Virus record (IMG/VR): IMGVR_UViG_3300050821_018577
Span: 64,001-128,000 of that record
Reading direction: 5' to 3' (one strand)
Length of the DNA stretch: 64,000 nt
Source: a virus
The notes beneath the pieces are model-generated. The model was not told the DNA's origin, ran no database searches, and saw nothing but the letters and a program-made list of their open reading frames with translations. Position numbers and translations under genes: made by a program. This document shows positions 46,563-56,400 of the stretch, piece after piece. Every line of letters starts with the position of its first letter. Positions within the stretch are counted from its first letter, which is position 1.

Positions 46563-47828
46563 GTGTTGGCCCAAAGGCGCGCCGCCATCCCGAGAATAGC
46601 CGCAGCGTTCGCTTGCTCTCTGCTGCTCATCGCACAGGCTGTACCGCAATCGTGCATAGTGCCGGCGAATGGCGCGGTGGTAAAGACGACCAGTTATTCG
46701 GCGCTGGCCGCCGACTACGGCAAGCTCATCGTGATGAACTGCGCAAGCGCCTGCACGCTGACCCTACCTGCAACGCCGCAATCTCCGGTGTGGTTCATCT
46801 GGGTCGAGACCGTCGGCGCAGGTCAGGTCACGGTCAGCCCGAACGGCCTCAACTTCAACGGATCTTCCGCGAGCATCGTCCTACCGGTCAGTGCCGGGGC
46901 CGGGGTCTCGGTTTGGACCGACAATCTAAACTATTTTGGCAGCCAGGTCTCTTACTTCACGACTACCGGCTCTCCTTCATCTGGAAACCTCGCTAAATTT
47001 TCCGGTGCAACCTCCGTCACGAATGCCGACCTGTCCGGAGACTGCACGACCTCTGGCACTGCGGCGATGACCTGCACGAAGACCAACGGCACGGCGTTCG
47101 CCACGAGCGCGACCACAGACACAACGAACGCCTCGAACGTCTCCAGTGGGACTTTGGGCGCGGCGCGCGTGGCGCAAATAAACCTCGCTGCGTCCGGCAA
47201 CGGCGGAGTCGGAGGAAATCTTCCGGTCGGAAACTTGAACAGCGGCATCGGCGCCAATTCCTCGACTGCTTGGCGTGGAGATGGAACATGGGGCCCTACG
47301 CCAGCAATGGTTGGTATCCCGAATACGACCACGGTTGTCGTCAGTGGAAATGTGTCGACACCTCAAAATATGCAATCGGCGTCCTCGGCCATAGTGGCGG
47401 GCGCTTTAAATACTCTAGGTAAAACCGTCAGAATTACTTCTTATGGCTCGTTTTTCCCGGTCAACAATTCAGAGACTGTATCTCTAAGGTTTACACCAGG
47501 TCCCGCAAGCCTTACCGCAGCCGTCCTGTTTGGCACTTTCGTTCCAACATTGGCCAACGCCAACTACGTTTGGAAGATGTCTTTTATATGCACAACGACC
47601 ACGACTGGCGCAAGCGGGACCCTGACGTGTATCGGGGATCTAAGTATCCAACTTCCGGGCGCAGCGACGCTGGAAGCCACCTACTTCATGGGCGTTCCTC
47701 CTAGTACGTTGTTTACTGGCCTTGACCTAACCTCGGCCCTTACACCTCTCAATGCCATTGCTTTTGGCACTGCATCGACGACGAATCAGGCATCGAGTAC
47801 TTACTTTCTTGTGGAACAACTAAACTAA
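46563..47828 (+). CDS. secreted fibre-like protein (paralog B)
   Basis: Same signal and N-domain as 37839; GNLAKF, LSGDCTTSG, GNLPV.NLNSG..A.SST.WRGDGTW fibre motifs. Confidence 0.8.
   Translation: MLAQRRAAIPRIAAAFACSLLLIAQAVPQSCIVPANGAVVKTTSYSALAADYGKLIVMNCASACTLTLPATPQSPVWFIWVETVGAGQVTVSPNGLNFNGSSASIVLPVSAGAGVSVWTDNLNYFGSQVSYFTTTGSPSSGNLAKFSGATSVTNADLSGDCTTSGTAAMTCTKTNGTAFATSATTDTTNASNVSSGTLGAARVAQINLAASGNGGVGGNLPVGNLNSGIGANSSTAWRGDGTWGPTPAMVGIPNTTTVVVSGNVSTPQNMQSASSAIVAGALNTLGKTVRITSYGSFFPVNNSETVSLRFTPGPASLTAAVLFGTFVPTLANANYVWKMSFICTTTTTGASGTLTCIGDLSIQLPGAATLEATYFMGVPPSTLFTGLDLTSALTPLNAIAFGTASTTNQASSTYFLVEQLN
46615..46890 (+). repeat. duplicated 5' segment, copy 2
   Basis: Matches 37880-38150. 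Confidence 0.85.
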
Positions 47829-47850
47829 AGCTCTCGGCGTGCATTTAACC

Positions 47851-47879
47851 TTGACACTGGTACGGACCAGAATTATTCT
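47851..47879 (+). promoter_or_regulatory. sigma70-type promoter
   Basis: TTGACA, 17 nt, TATTCT; the spacer holds the inverted repeat CTGGT-ACGG-ACCAG. Confidence 0.6.
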
Positions 47880-48080
47880 TTCATCGGAAATAGTGCTCCG
47901 TTCTAACCTCACGGTTCCGGCTCATTGTTTCTCCCTTCGGGGCTGCGTCTCGCGGTTTTGGCGTGGCCCCTACAAAATCTTCGAAGAGCAGTTCAAAGTA
48001 GCGTCGGTTGCCCCGTGGGAAAGCCCACAAGCCGACAGCACAGAAAAAAAATCAAAAATTTGCAAATCAGAAAGGCATTT

Positions 48081-48434
48081 ATGCCACGAGTCCGTGAAAT
48101 CACCCTGGACAACATCAAGGTGAAAATTTCCCCGTTCAGTTACGACGAGTTTGAGAAGTATGTCATTGAAAGCAAGGAACTATTGGCGCGCGACCCCAAG
48201 CCAACGCTTGAGGAATGGGGCGTTCGTACACTCAACACGGTGGTGTTGGCTTTGAACAAAGGCGCTGCGGCCAGCGGAGCGACCAACGGGAATGCTATGC
48301 AATGGGACGTCAAAAGACTCACCGCGGAATTCGACATGGTGACGATCAACGACATCTATGAAGAGTTCATGAAGATGAGTGGCTTGCGAGCTCCCGTATC
48401 GGGGGAAGCTCCGGCGACATCGATTTTGCCCTGA
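48081..48434 (+). CDS. tail assembly chaperone (G)
   Basis: Upstream of the tape measure; slippery GGGGGAA near the 3' end. Confidence 0.85.
   Translation: MPRVREITLDNIKVKISPFSYDEFEKYVIESKELLARDPKPTLEEWGVRTLNTVVLALNKGAAASGATNGNAMQWDVKRLTAEFDMVTINDIYEEFMKMSGLRAPVSGEAPATSILP
48401..48407 (+). other. -1 programmed frameshift site G GGG GAA
   Basis: The -1 frame is open from 48404 through stop 48808 (GSSGDIDFALIRCRVVTELGKTPEE...). Confidence 0.85.
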
Positions 48435-48808
48435 TTCGGTGTCGCGTCGTAACGGAGTTGGGCAAGACCCCGGAAGAAGTTGGTGCGATCGACCTTCCGG
48501 ACATTGTGGCCTTGCTCGAATATTGGCTCGATTATCCGCCAGTGCATCTGCTGTTGCGGTCCTGGACGGGATTTGAAAGGAAAGGGAGTCGTCAGCCAGA
48601 CACTTGGCGCGCGAAAAGAGCGCACGAAATGGGCGACGAAACCTACAGGCCGGAAATGGAAGCAATGACAGACAAGGATCTGCGCATCAAGGATGATTTC
48701 CTGCGGTCAACTGGCGCAAGGCATCTGGACTGTGCGCCGCCGCATATTCAGTTGGCGGTTGAACGCTCGAAAAAGGGCGAGCATTTCGCGATTGCTAAAC
48801 CGGAGTAA
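48404..48808 (+). CDS. tail assembly chaperone frameshift extension (T)
   Basis: Continuous with track ORF 48458-48808; YWLDYPPVH motif. Confidence 0.8.
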   Translation, partial: GSSGDIDFALIRCRVVTELGKTPEEVGAIDLPDIVALLEYWLDYPPVHLLLRSWTGFERKGSRQPDTWRAKRAHEMGDETYRPEMEAMTDKDLRIKDDFLRSTGARHLDCAPPHIQLAVERSKKGEHFAIAKPE

Positions 48809-48810
48809 GC

Positions 48811-51324
48811 ATGGCTGATTTAAGGATCGGCGCAGAAGTTGATGTATCCCAACTCGGCAAATTAGCCGAAGGATCGGAGCGGGTCGCCGCCAGCACCAGG
48901 ACCGCAGGTTCGTCCTTTGCCTATGCTAGCGAGGAAGCTGCAAATCTTGCTACGAAGCTGATGGCCCAAGGCGTATCGGCAAAAGAAGCCGAGGGCGCGC
49001 TTATCAACATGGGCATGTCGGCCAGGAACGCGGCCGCTATCATGGCCCAACTCACTGGTGCGACCGCAGCCTTGGGAACGGAAGTTGTCGCGACAACCAC
49101 AAAGGTGGACGCCTTCACCCGGCAGATGGCGAATTCCGCAGTCCGTATCGCTGCCAGTGAAGCAGGGTTGGGACAACTTGGATTCGCGTTTGGTCGCTTG
49201 GGTGCCATGAGCAGCGCTTTGGCGCCAATTCTTGCATCCACATTTGCTGTCTTTGCCGCCGTAGCCTTCGTTGAAATCGTCAATCGCGCCATCGATGCCT
49301 ACGAAAAATGGACGCGCCTTGGTGAAGAAACAGTTCACAAAATCGATGACCAAACGCTTTCTCTCGCGCATGAAAGCGACCAGCTTGATGTAGTGAATAT
49401 TCGACTGCAAAACCAAATCGACAAGTTGGAACACAAGCCTGAAAATCATCTCGCCTTAGCCCTAGCGGAAGTCAAAGTTCAAGCAGATGCTCTTTCCAAG
49501 TCCTTGGAAGATGCTCTTATCAAATCCATCGAGCTCCTCAAGGCTGGCCCTGGACTCGCTTCTGAGATTTTCCTCGGCAAAGCAAACATGAAAGCGGTCG
49601 GAGATTTACTGGAACCGCTGAAACGTGAGATGGAATTTGCCCAAATGCGTAATGACGCCGAAGGGCAAAGAAACATACTGCTCAAAGAGCAGGCAATCCT
49701 ACAAAACGCACTGGTAGAAGAACAGGCGAAGCATCTGACGAAAATTCCGGCCGGCCCTCGTGGAATGGGAGAGAGAACCATCGGCAGCTTGCCCGACCAG
49801 GATGCGCTTAATGCGTACAGGTCATTGCTCGCAGGCATCCAGGACCAATTGTCCAAGATTACTAAGACCGGCACAGAGGGTGAACTGGAAATCAAGAAGG
49901 CCCAGGTACAAACAGCCGAAGACAGGCTAAAAGCAGCTGAAAAGTTTTTCAAGACCATGGCGGATTGGGAGGATGAAGAGGCGAAGCGTTCAAAGTCAAA
50001 TCTTGATGCAGAGCTTGAGATGGTTGAAAAGCTGCAATCCGTTGGCCTCCCACTTTCTTTATTGGCCACCACCACTGACAGAAAGACGCTTGAATTGTTA
50101 GTCAGCGATGAACGAAAGGCGCAAGAAGAACTGGCCCGTGTCCAAAAAAAGAACGAAGAAGATGAAAAGAGAGCCGCTAAAGAAGTCGAAGAAGCTTGGC
50201 AACGCGCGGCCGAAGAACGGATCCGCAACGAAGAAGAAGCCTATCGGGTATCGCAACACGCCGCGGAAAATCGGATGCGCGATATCAAAGCCCAGGAATC
50301 GTTTACGACCGCCGGAATCGGCAAGGGGCCTATTACCACCGTCCTGGAAGGAACCTCCCTTGCCGAACAGGGCGCGGTCGCCTCGGCGGCGATGAAGCAA
50401 GCCCGGGACGCAGCCGCCGATTATCAGAGTCAGCTGGATATCGTGAACTCTGTAATGGCTGAAACAAATCGAGAGTCGGAGGAGGGCCGCAAGACCTTTA
50501 ACGACCTGAGCAAGCAAGCGGACCAATTGCGGCATGCGCTCGATGGAGCTGTAGCTGCCGGCGAACATTGGAACAGCACGGTCAAGCAAATCGATGCCCA
50601 ACAGAAAGCTCTACAGTTGGGATTCACTTGGGAGAATCTAAAAACCAGCATGGAGTCGGCTGCGAATGCGGGTTTCAATTCCTTTAACTCCGCGTTCGTC
50701 AAGATGCTCAATACCGGAACAAGTTTCATTAAGGTGATGCAACAGTTGTGGTTGGGCATGGTTGATACGTTCGTGACATCGATTCTGAAAATGGCCGAAC
50801 AGTGGGTTGTGCAGCATGTCATCATGATGGCCATCAGCAAGATATTCGGTGCGACTTCGTCAGAAGCCAGTGCCACCGATATCACGGCCAAAGAATTAGG
50901 CAGACAGGCAGCGATCGGGGATGCAGCGGCTACCGCTGCAATTGAAGCGGCATGGCTCGGTCCTGCAGCGGCCATTGCCGCAGCTGGTGCGGTAGAGGGA
51001 GCTCTGCAGGGGATCACGACATTTGAGGGCGGCGGTATCGTTAAAGCTGGCCTCCATGAAGGTGAAATGGTGTTGCCTGCGCATCTTTCTACCTTCGTTC
51101 AGACAGCGGCCGCAGAAGCAGGCCGGGCCGGGCCGCCAGGTCCACAAGGGGCCAGCGGCGGCCGCGGCGGTGATATGCACTTCCATCTCCCAACACATAT
51201 CGGCGAGTTGAAGGCCTGGGATGGAGCTTCTGTGCGCTCCGCGCTCATGGAACATGGGGATCTGGTTGGAAGCATCGCGATTGCTGCGGTTAAACGCCAT
51301 TTCAGAAGCAATGGAGTGGATTAG
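48811..51324 (+). CDS. tape measure protein
   Basis: Ala-rich helical 837 aa; FEGGGIV..LHEGEMVLP C-terminal motif; canonical position. Confidence 0.92.
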   Translation: MADLRIGAEVDVSQLGKLAEGSERVAASTRTAGSSFAYASEEAANLATKLMAQGVSAKEAEGALINMGMSARNAAAIMAQLTGATAALGTEVVATTTKVDAFTRQMANSAVRIAASEAGLGQLGFAFGRLGAMSSALAPILASTFAVFAAVAFVEIVNRAIDAYEKWTRLGEETVHKIDDQTLSLAHESDQLDVVNIRLQNQIDKLEHKPENHLALALAEVKVQADALSKSLEDALIKSIELLKAGPGLASEIFLGKANMKAVGDLLEPLKREMEFAQMRNDAEGQRNILLKEQAILQNALVEEQAKHLTKIPAGPRGMGERTIGSLPDQDALNAYRSLLAGIQDQLSKITKTGTEGELEIKKAQVQTAEDRLKAAEKFFKTMADWEDEEAKRSKSNLDAELEMVEKLQSVGLPLSLLATTTDRKTLELLVSDERKAQEELARVQKKNEEDEKRAAKEVEEAWQRAAEERIRNEEEAYRVSQHAAENRMRDIKAQESFTTAGIGKGPITTVLEGTSLAEQGAVASAAMKQARDAAADYQSQLDIVNSVMAETNRESEEGRKTFNDLSKQADQLRHALDGAVAAGEHWNSTVKQIDAQQKALQLGFTWENLKTSMESAANAGFNSFNSAFVKMLNTGTSFIKVMQQLWLGMVDTFVTSILKMAEQWVVQHVIMMAISKIFGATSSEASATDITAKELGRQAAIGDAAATAAIEAAWLGPAAAIAAAGAVEGALQGITTFEGGGIVKAGLHEGEMVLPAHLSTFVQTAAAEAGRAGPPGPQGASGGRGGDMHFHLPTHIGELKAWDGASVRSALMEHGDLVGSIAIAAVKRHFRSNGVD

Positions 51325-52020
51325 ATGTCAAACGTCGTATTTCCAACGCTAAAAGGTTTGACATGGGGCCTGAAATTTAGAGATGAGTTCTTCACTCTTA
51401 TGCAAGCGTCGACTGCTCCGGGCTTTGAAACTCGCGTCTTGCTCGGACCGGACCCGATTATTCATTTTGAGTTGGTCTACAATTATTTGCGGCAAAAAAG
51501 TTATACCACTAGCTTTGGTATCTATCAAAATTCAAGCGATGAGATTGCGATTTTGCGCGGATTCTTCCGTGCCCGAAACGGCGATTTCGATTCGTTTCTT
51601 CTGTCACTCCCGACCATCACTCAAAATAATGCCGACGGAACCATAACGGGACAGACGCTCACGCCCGATGCCAACAACATCGCGCCACTAGTGGTGATCC
51701 GGGAAACCTACAGCGAAAGCATTTATGAAGCGTTCGGGGTGAACAGTAATCCAGGAACAGCGCCTGTAGTCAAAAAAGACGGAACACCGCTGCTATCAGG
51801 CACGGATTATAACTTCGTCGGACCAGGTTTTTCGCTTGCCGGCGTCACCTATCCTGGATTGGCAGTACAATTCATCACGGCTACAGGTGGCCACGTCATG
51901 ACTGCCGATTTCAGTTGGTACTATCGCGTGCGCTTCGAACAGGGCAACCAGGAATTCGAGTTATTCCTCGCGCTGTTATATTCGGCGCAAAAAGTTCAGC
52001 TTGTGACCACGAGGGTTTGA
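51325..52020 (+). CDS. distal tail protein (DUF2460-like)
   Basis: FPTLKGLTW, FFRARNGDFDSFL, ADFSWYYRVRF. Confidence 0.8.
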   Translation: MSNVVFPTLKGLTWGLKFRDEFFTLMQASTAPGFETRVLLGPDPIIHFELVYNYLRQKSYTTSFGIYQNSSDEIAILRGFFRARNGDFDSFLLSLPTITQNNADGTITGQTLTPDANNIAPLVVIRETYSESIYEAFGVNSNPGTAPVVKKDGTPLLSGTDYNFVGPGFSLAGVTYPGLAVQFITATGGHVMTADFSWYYRVRFEQGNQEFELFLALLYSAQKVQLVTTRV

Positions 52021-52956
52021 ATGCGGGCATTCACTGCGGGAGACGGAAGCAATTCTACGGCGGCGGTCCTGACGTACTTGGCCGCGCATCGCCAATTGCA
52101 TATCACCGACCTTTTCGTGATTTCGACGGCTCCCAACTATGCTAGTTTTTATCTTGGGCAGACTTTCTATGTGACTTCCTATCCGTCATCGCTGACGTGG
52201 AATTTCCGCGGCACATTCAAAACGGGTGTGATTGAACGCAATGAAGTTGAATCAAAAATCGGTTTGGAAGCCGACAAACTCGAAGTGACTTGGGCCCCAC
52301 AGAATACCGACATTCTCGATGCATCGCTGACAGTATTGGCAGGATTTCATTCCGGAGTCTTCGACAACGGAACGCTCGAACTGTGGCGCTGTGTGATGCC
52401 GACGATTGGCGATTGCAATACCCTCGGTGCTTGCCTGCTTTTCAGTGGCCGCATTGGAAACATCGAGCCGGACCGGCTAAAGGTCAAGATGACGGTAATG
52501 AGCAGGCTGGAAGTTCTGAACCAAATGGTTCCCACCAATCTAATCGAACCCACCAACATCATTGCCCAATACACGACTGGACAGGTTCTGAAAAACGGGC
52601 CATCGGCATTCAGTTTGGTCGCCGGTACCACGGCGCAAGTGCTCGTTGCGGATCCGGTAGCGGCGCCTGGAGGCTACACGCCGCAAAATGATACGTGGGA
52701 TTTTGGCTATGTGATGATGACGGGAGCCGGCAAGACCGGAGGGTCGTTCCGTGGAATTCAGCAGCAGACCTATAACGGAACGCATCATCTCTTTTATCTT
52801 TACGAAGCGTTGCCCATAACTCCGTTGGTCGGCGATACGTTCAACGCTTTCATTCTAGTGCCGCGCGACCAAGGCGGGGCCGTGACGCAAGGAAGTATCT
52901 ATCAAGGATTTCCATTTGTTCCGCAACCCATCAATTCTCCTATAGGGCTTGGATGA
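52021..52956 (+). CDS. tail-tip/baseplate hub protein (DUF2163/BR0599-like)
   Basis: G.FDNG.LELWR, LFSGRIG, C-terminal YQGFPFVP. Confidence 0.8.
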   Translation: MRAFTAGDGSNSTAAVLTYLAAHRQLHITDLFVISTAPNYASFYLGQTFYVTSYPSSLTWNFRGTFKTGVIERNEVESKIGLEADKLEVTWAPQNTDILDASLTVLAGFHSGVFDNGTLELWRCVMPTIGDCNTLGACLLFSGRIGNIEPDRLKVKMTVMSRLEVLNQMVPTNLIEPTNIIAQYTTGQVLKNGPSAFSLVAGTTAQVLVADPVAAPGGYTPQNDTWDFGYVMMTGAGKTGGSFRGIQQQTYNGTHHLFYLYEALPITPLVGDTFNAFILVPRDQGGAVTQGSIYQGFPFVPQPINSPIGLG

Positions 52957-53444
52957 CCATCGATATTCGAGAACAACGGCAGGCTGTGGTACGCGAGGCT
53001 CTTACCTGGCTCCGCACGCCATTCATGTACGACCAATGCGTTAAGGGTGTGGGAGTGGACTGCGGCCGATTCCTCGCTGCTGTATTCAACAATGCCGGAG
53101 TCAAGAGAATCGATATCGCGAAATTGCCGCATATCCCGCCGGGCTGGTTTCTGCACAAACAAAAGGATGCACCGAGTCCTTACCTCTCGGCAATTTTGAC
53201 CTACTCCGTTGAATACAATCTCGCACCTGGGCAAATTCCGGAAGTCGGAGACATCGTGCTTGCAAAAGAAGCTCGCGATTGGGCACACGGGGCGATCGTG
53301 GTGGCATGGCCTAAAGTTATCGGGTCGGCCTACGAGCACTGCGTCACGTTGTGGGAAAACATTCATACCAGCCCACAATATTCCCATCGTGAATTGAAAT
53401 TCTTGAATCCTTGGGACCTGGCTGCCGGAGGAAATAATGATTAA
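52953..53444 (+). CDS. NlpC/P60 tail-associated peptidase
   Basis: AVVREALTWLRTPF...KGVGVDC, HGAI. Confidence 0.9.
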   Translation: MTIDIREQRQAVVREALTWLRTPFMYDQCVKGVGVDCGRFLAAVFNNAGVKRIDIAKLPHIPPGWFLHKQKDAPSPYLSAILTYSVEYNLAPGQIPEVGDIVLAKEARDWAHGAIVVAWPKVIGSAYEHCVTLWENIHTSPQYSHRELKFLNPWDLAAGGNND

Positions 53445-56400
53445 AGCAGGCACGCCAGGGGCCTCCTTGGCGTCGCAGTATCATGGAATTCAAGTAAGCA
53501 ATTCCGTCTACGGCAAGACCGTCAAATTGCTGTACGGGCTTACGCAAGCAGCTCCCGACTTGATTTGGTACAACGATTGGAAAACTGGAAGCTCGCCAAG
53601 CAATCAACTGCTGGCATCGCTCTTGCAGGGCGGAGGCAAGAAAAGTTCAAAAGGAAGCAAAAAAGGTAGCGTCAAATATTATTCCGCAGCGGTCGACCTA
53701 TTGATTGGACACGCTCCGATTCTTGGAGTGTTTTCCGCGTGGTACAACAACCAGAAATTGGCAGTGGTCATCAACAGCGCCTCCGGCTTGATTAGCGGTG
53801 GCTCGTTTACCTTTGTTCCAGCGAATCAGCCAAGCCAAATCGTTGTCGGTTTCACAGTCGGAGGCTCCCCGTATCAGGTGACCGAGCCGAATTTCGTTGC
53901 CGACCGCCGCGTACGTGACGCCACGCTTGGAGATAATTTCTACCTTGGACGCGCCAATCCATCCGGTTTACCAGGTCCAAATCAATACACGGTCACAAGC
54001 GGTGGCCTGTACACTTTCAATGCCGTACAGTCCGGTCATTCGCTCAGGATCACCTATTTCACTTCCGCTTCCGGAAGTCCTTCGACTTTAGTGGGCATTC
54101 TAGCCGTCAGCATTCACGAGGATTTTACTGCGGCGTTTAACGATTATGGCGCGCCAGGTTCCATAACACAGTATGGAACTTGGGAACGCCCGCTATGGAA
54201 TGCGGCCTTTGCTGTGCCAGGCCGCATCGATTTGGGCGCGCCGCATGCCCGCGACCCCTACACATGGGCTTGGGACGGCGTGACCCCGGCTGTGACTCTC
54301 CCGACCGCGCTAAACGGAAAAGCTATCACCGTCTATTACGGAACGCCGGTTATCTTGCGGTCAGACGGCACATTGTTCTCGGCGACGCATACGCCGCTCA
54401 ATGTTCTGAACTTGCAATTTGAACAGATACTGGGCTCCGGATCCGAATACACGAATTTTATCGCCCAACAAATACTTCAAAATTGGGCGGCCGGCGCCGG
54501 GTCGGTCCGTTTCGACCTTGGCGTGTCGAACAGCATGCCGAATTTGAATTTGGAATGTATCGGAGCATTCACGCAATGGCCGAACGGAGACTGCGATGTC
54601 GTGGATATGATTGCCGACATTGTAGCGAGCGGTCCGTTATTCCTCACCCCATCTGGCGGAAACAGCGATTTAGACCATGCAACCACGAAGACTGGTGCCG
54701 GGTTATCGCAAGCCGGAGGCGTGCTTCCAACCGTAGTGGATGCGCCTTCTGGCACGCCTGAACTCGAAGTGATGGTCACTACGACAAGCCAAGGCCAGCC
54801 ACAATCCCCTGGCACGTTTTTTGCTTTAACGCAAGTCGTGGGCGCTACCCGCGTCTACAGTTTTTCTTCGTTCGTCGGTCCTGCTCCAGTAGCCGGGCAA
54901 ACGGTCAGCATTGCGAATTTTGCCAACGCCGCCAACAACGGCCTCTTTACCATAACGGTGGTAACTGGTAACTCGAGCGGAGGAACCTTTACCGTTGGTA
55001 GCGGATCGCAAGTAAATGAAACGACGGCTGCGCAAGGATACTCTCCGGACGCTACTGCATTCGTGTTGACTCAAGTAGTCGGCTCCACGAAGACGTATTC
55101 TTTCTCTTCCTACACTGGGTCAGTTCCCGTCGGCGTTGGACAGTATGTAACGATTACCGGATTTACTAACACTGCCAACAATGGCTTTTTCCCCATAACC
55201 GCATTTACCGGAACATCCACCGGAGGAACGTTCACCGTCGGAAGCGGGTCGCAGGTAAATGAAACACACGCCGCGACGGCTTCGACTGGCTGGCAAGAAG
55301 TCACCAGTCTTCCGATTTGGTATCAATTATTGAATTCCACTGCTCCTGTCAGCGTGGTTCAGCCCTATTCGTCCAGCCTCGGGTTCCCGACAGCAAACGT
55401 AAACTTTGCGCAAGTTCTTGCATGGTTTGGCGCAACTGGCGGCAATCCCATTTGGACACAACATTCCAGTCGTACCGGGTCCAATTCAGCTTCTTACACA
55501 TTAGGACCTTTCACGCCGACTGCAGGCGAAACTCTATTGTTGATGTTCAGATTGCGCGACCTGGGCTTCGGCTTGTTCACGAGCCCATGCGTATATTCGG
55601 TAACGGATGACCAGGGGAATCTTTGGAATCTGATTGCCAACGTTTCCACTGTGGCCGGCGGTGGCAGCAATCCTGGCGCGCAGACAATGCTTTTCATGTG
55701 TCAAGGACCAGCCCTAGTATCTACAACCGTCACCTGCCAACAAACCTCCGGACCAACTGCTGGCAACGTGAGCGACATAAATTATTTATTTGGCATTACG
55801 AATTTCGCGTCCGCCACGGTCACACCCATCGGTCATGGAGTGAACTGCAACACGTATGGAGCGGTCCAAAGTTCAGCGGGCTCCACGACTTCTCCGGGGA
55901 ATGGCCTTCTACTCACAGGGCTTGAGCAAGTGCGGGCTTGGTGTCGGGCGAACGGAATTTCTGGCGCGCTCACACAGGATGCACAGCGGTCGGCAAAGGA
56001 TATGGTCGACGAATTACTGACCGTTGCAAACGCAGCACCAGTCTATTCCGGCGCTACGCTTAACACCATCCCTTACGATGAGGTCAGCAATGCCGGTGGA
56101 GGGTTGGTCTACACCGCATCCACAGCAGCAGGTCCGGTTGCAAATCTTGCCGACCAGGATTTCGAGAACGATGATGGCAAGACGCCTCCAGTATCGTTTT
56201 TGCGGAAGCGCCGTGCGGACTGCGATAATGTGGTCTCTATCGAATTTCTTGACCGTTCGCTCGATTATTCCAAGAACACGATTTCCGAGGTTGACCAAAA
56301 GGCAGTCACGCTCTATGGCCCGCGAAAAGGTGGAACGCTTTCGGCGGCCGAACTTGGCGTCAATGTCCCAAGCGGTTCGAAATCATTGTCCAGCATCCGC

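Noticed and set aside
37880-46890. Template/variable repeat pair of a diversity-generating retroelement
   Set aside because: Differences are mainly synonymous third-position changes, not adenine-specific; the repeats are at 5' ends; no reverse transcriptase in the window.
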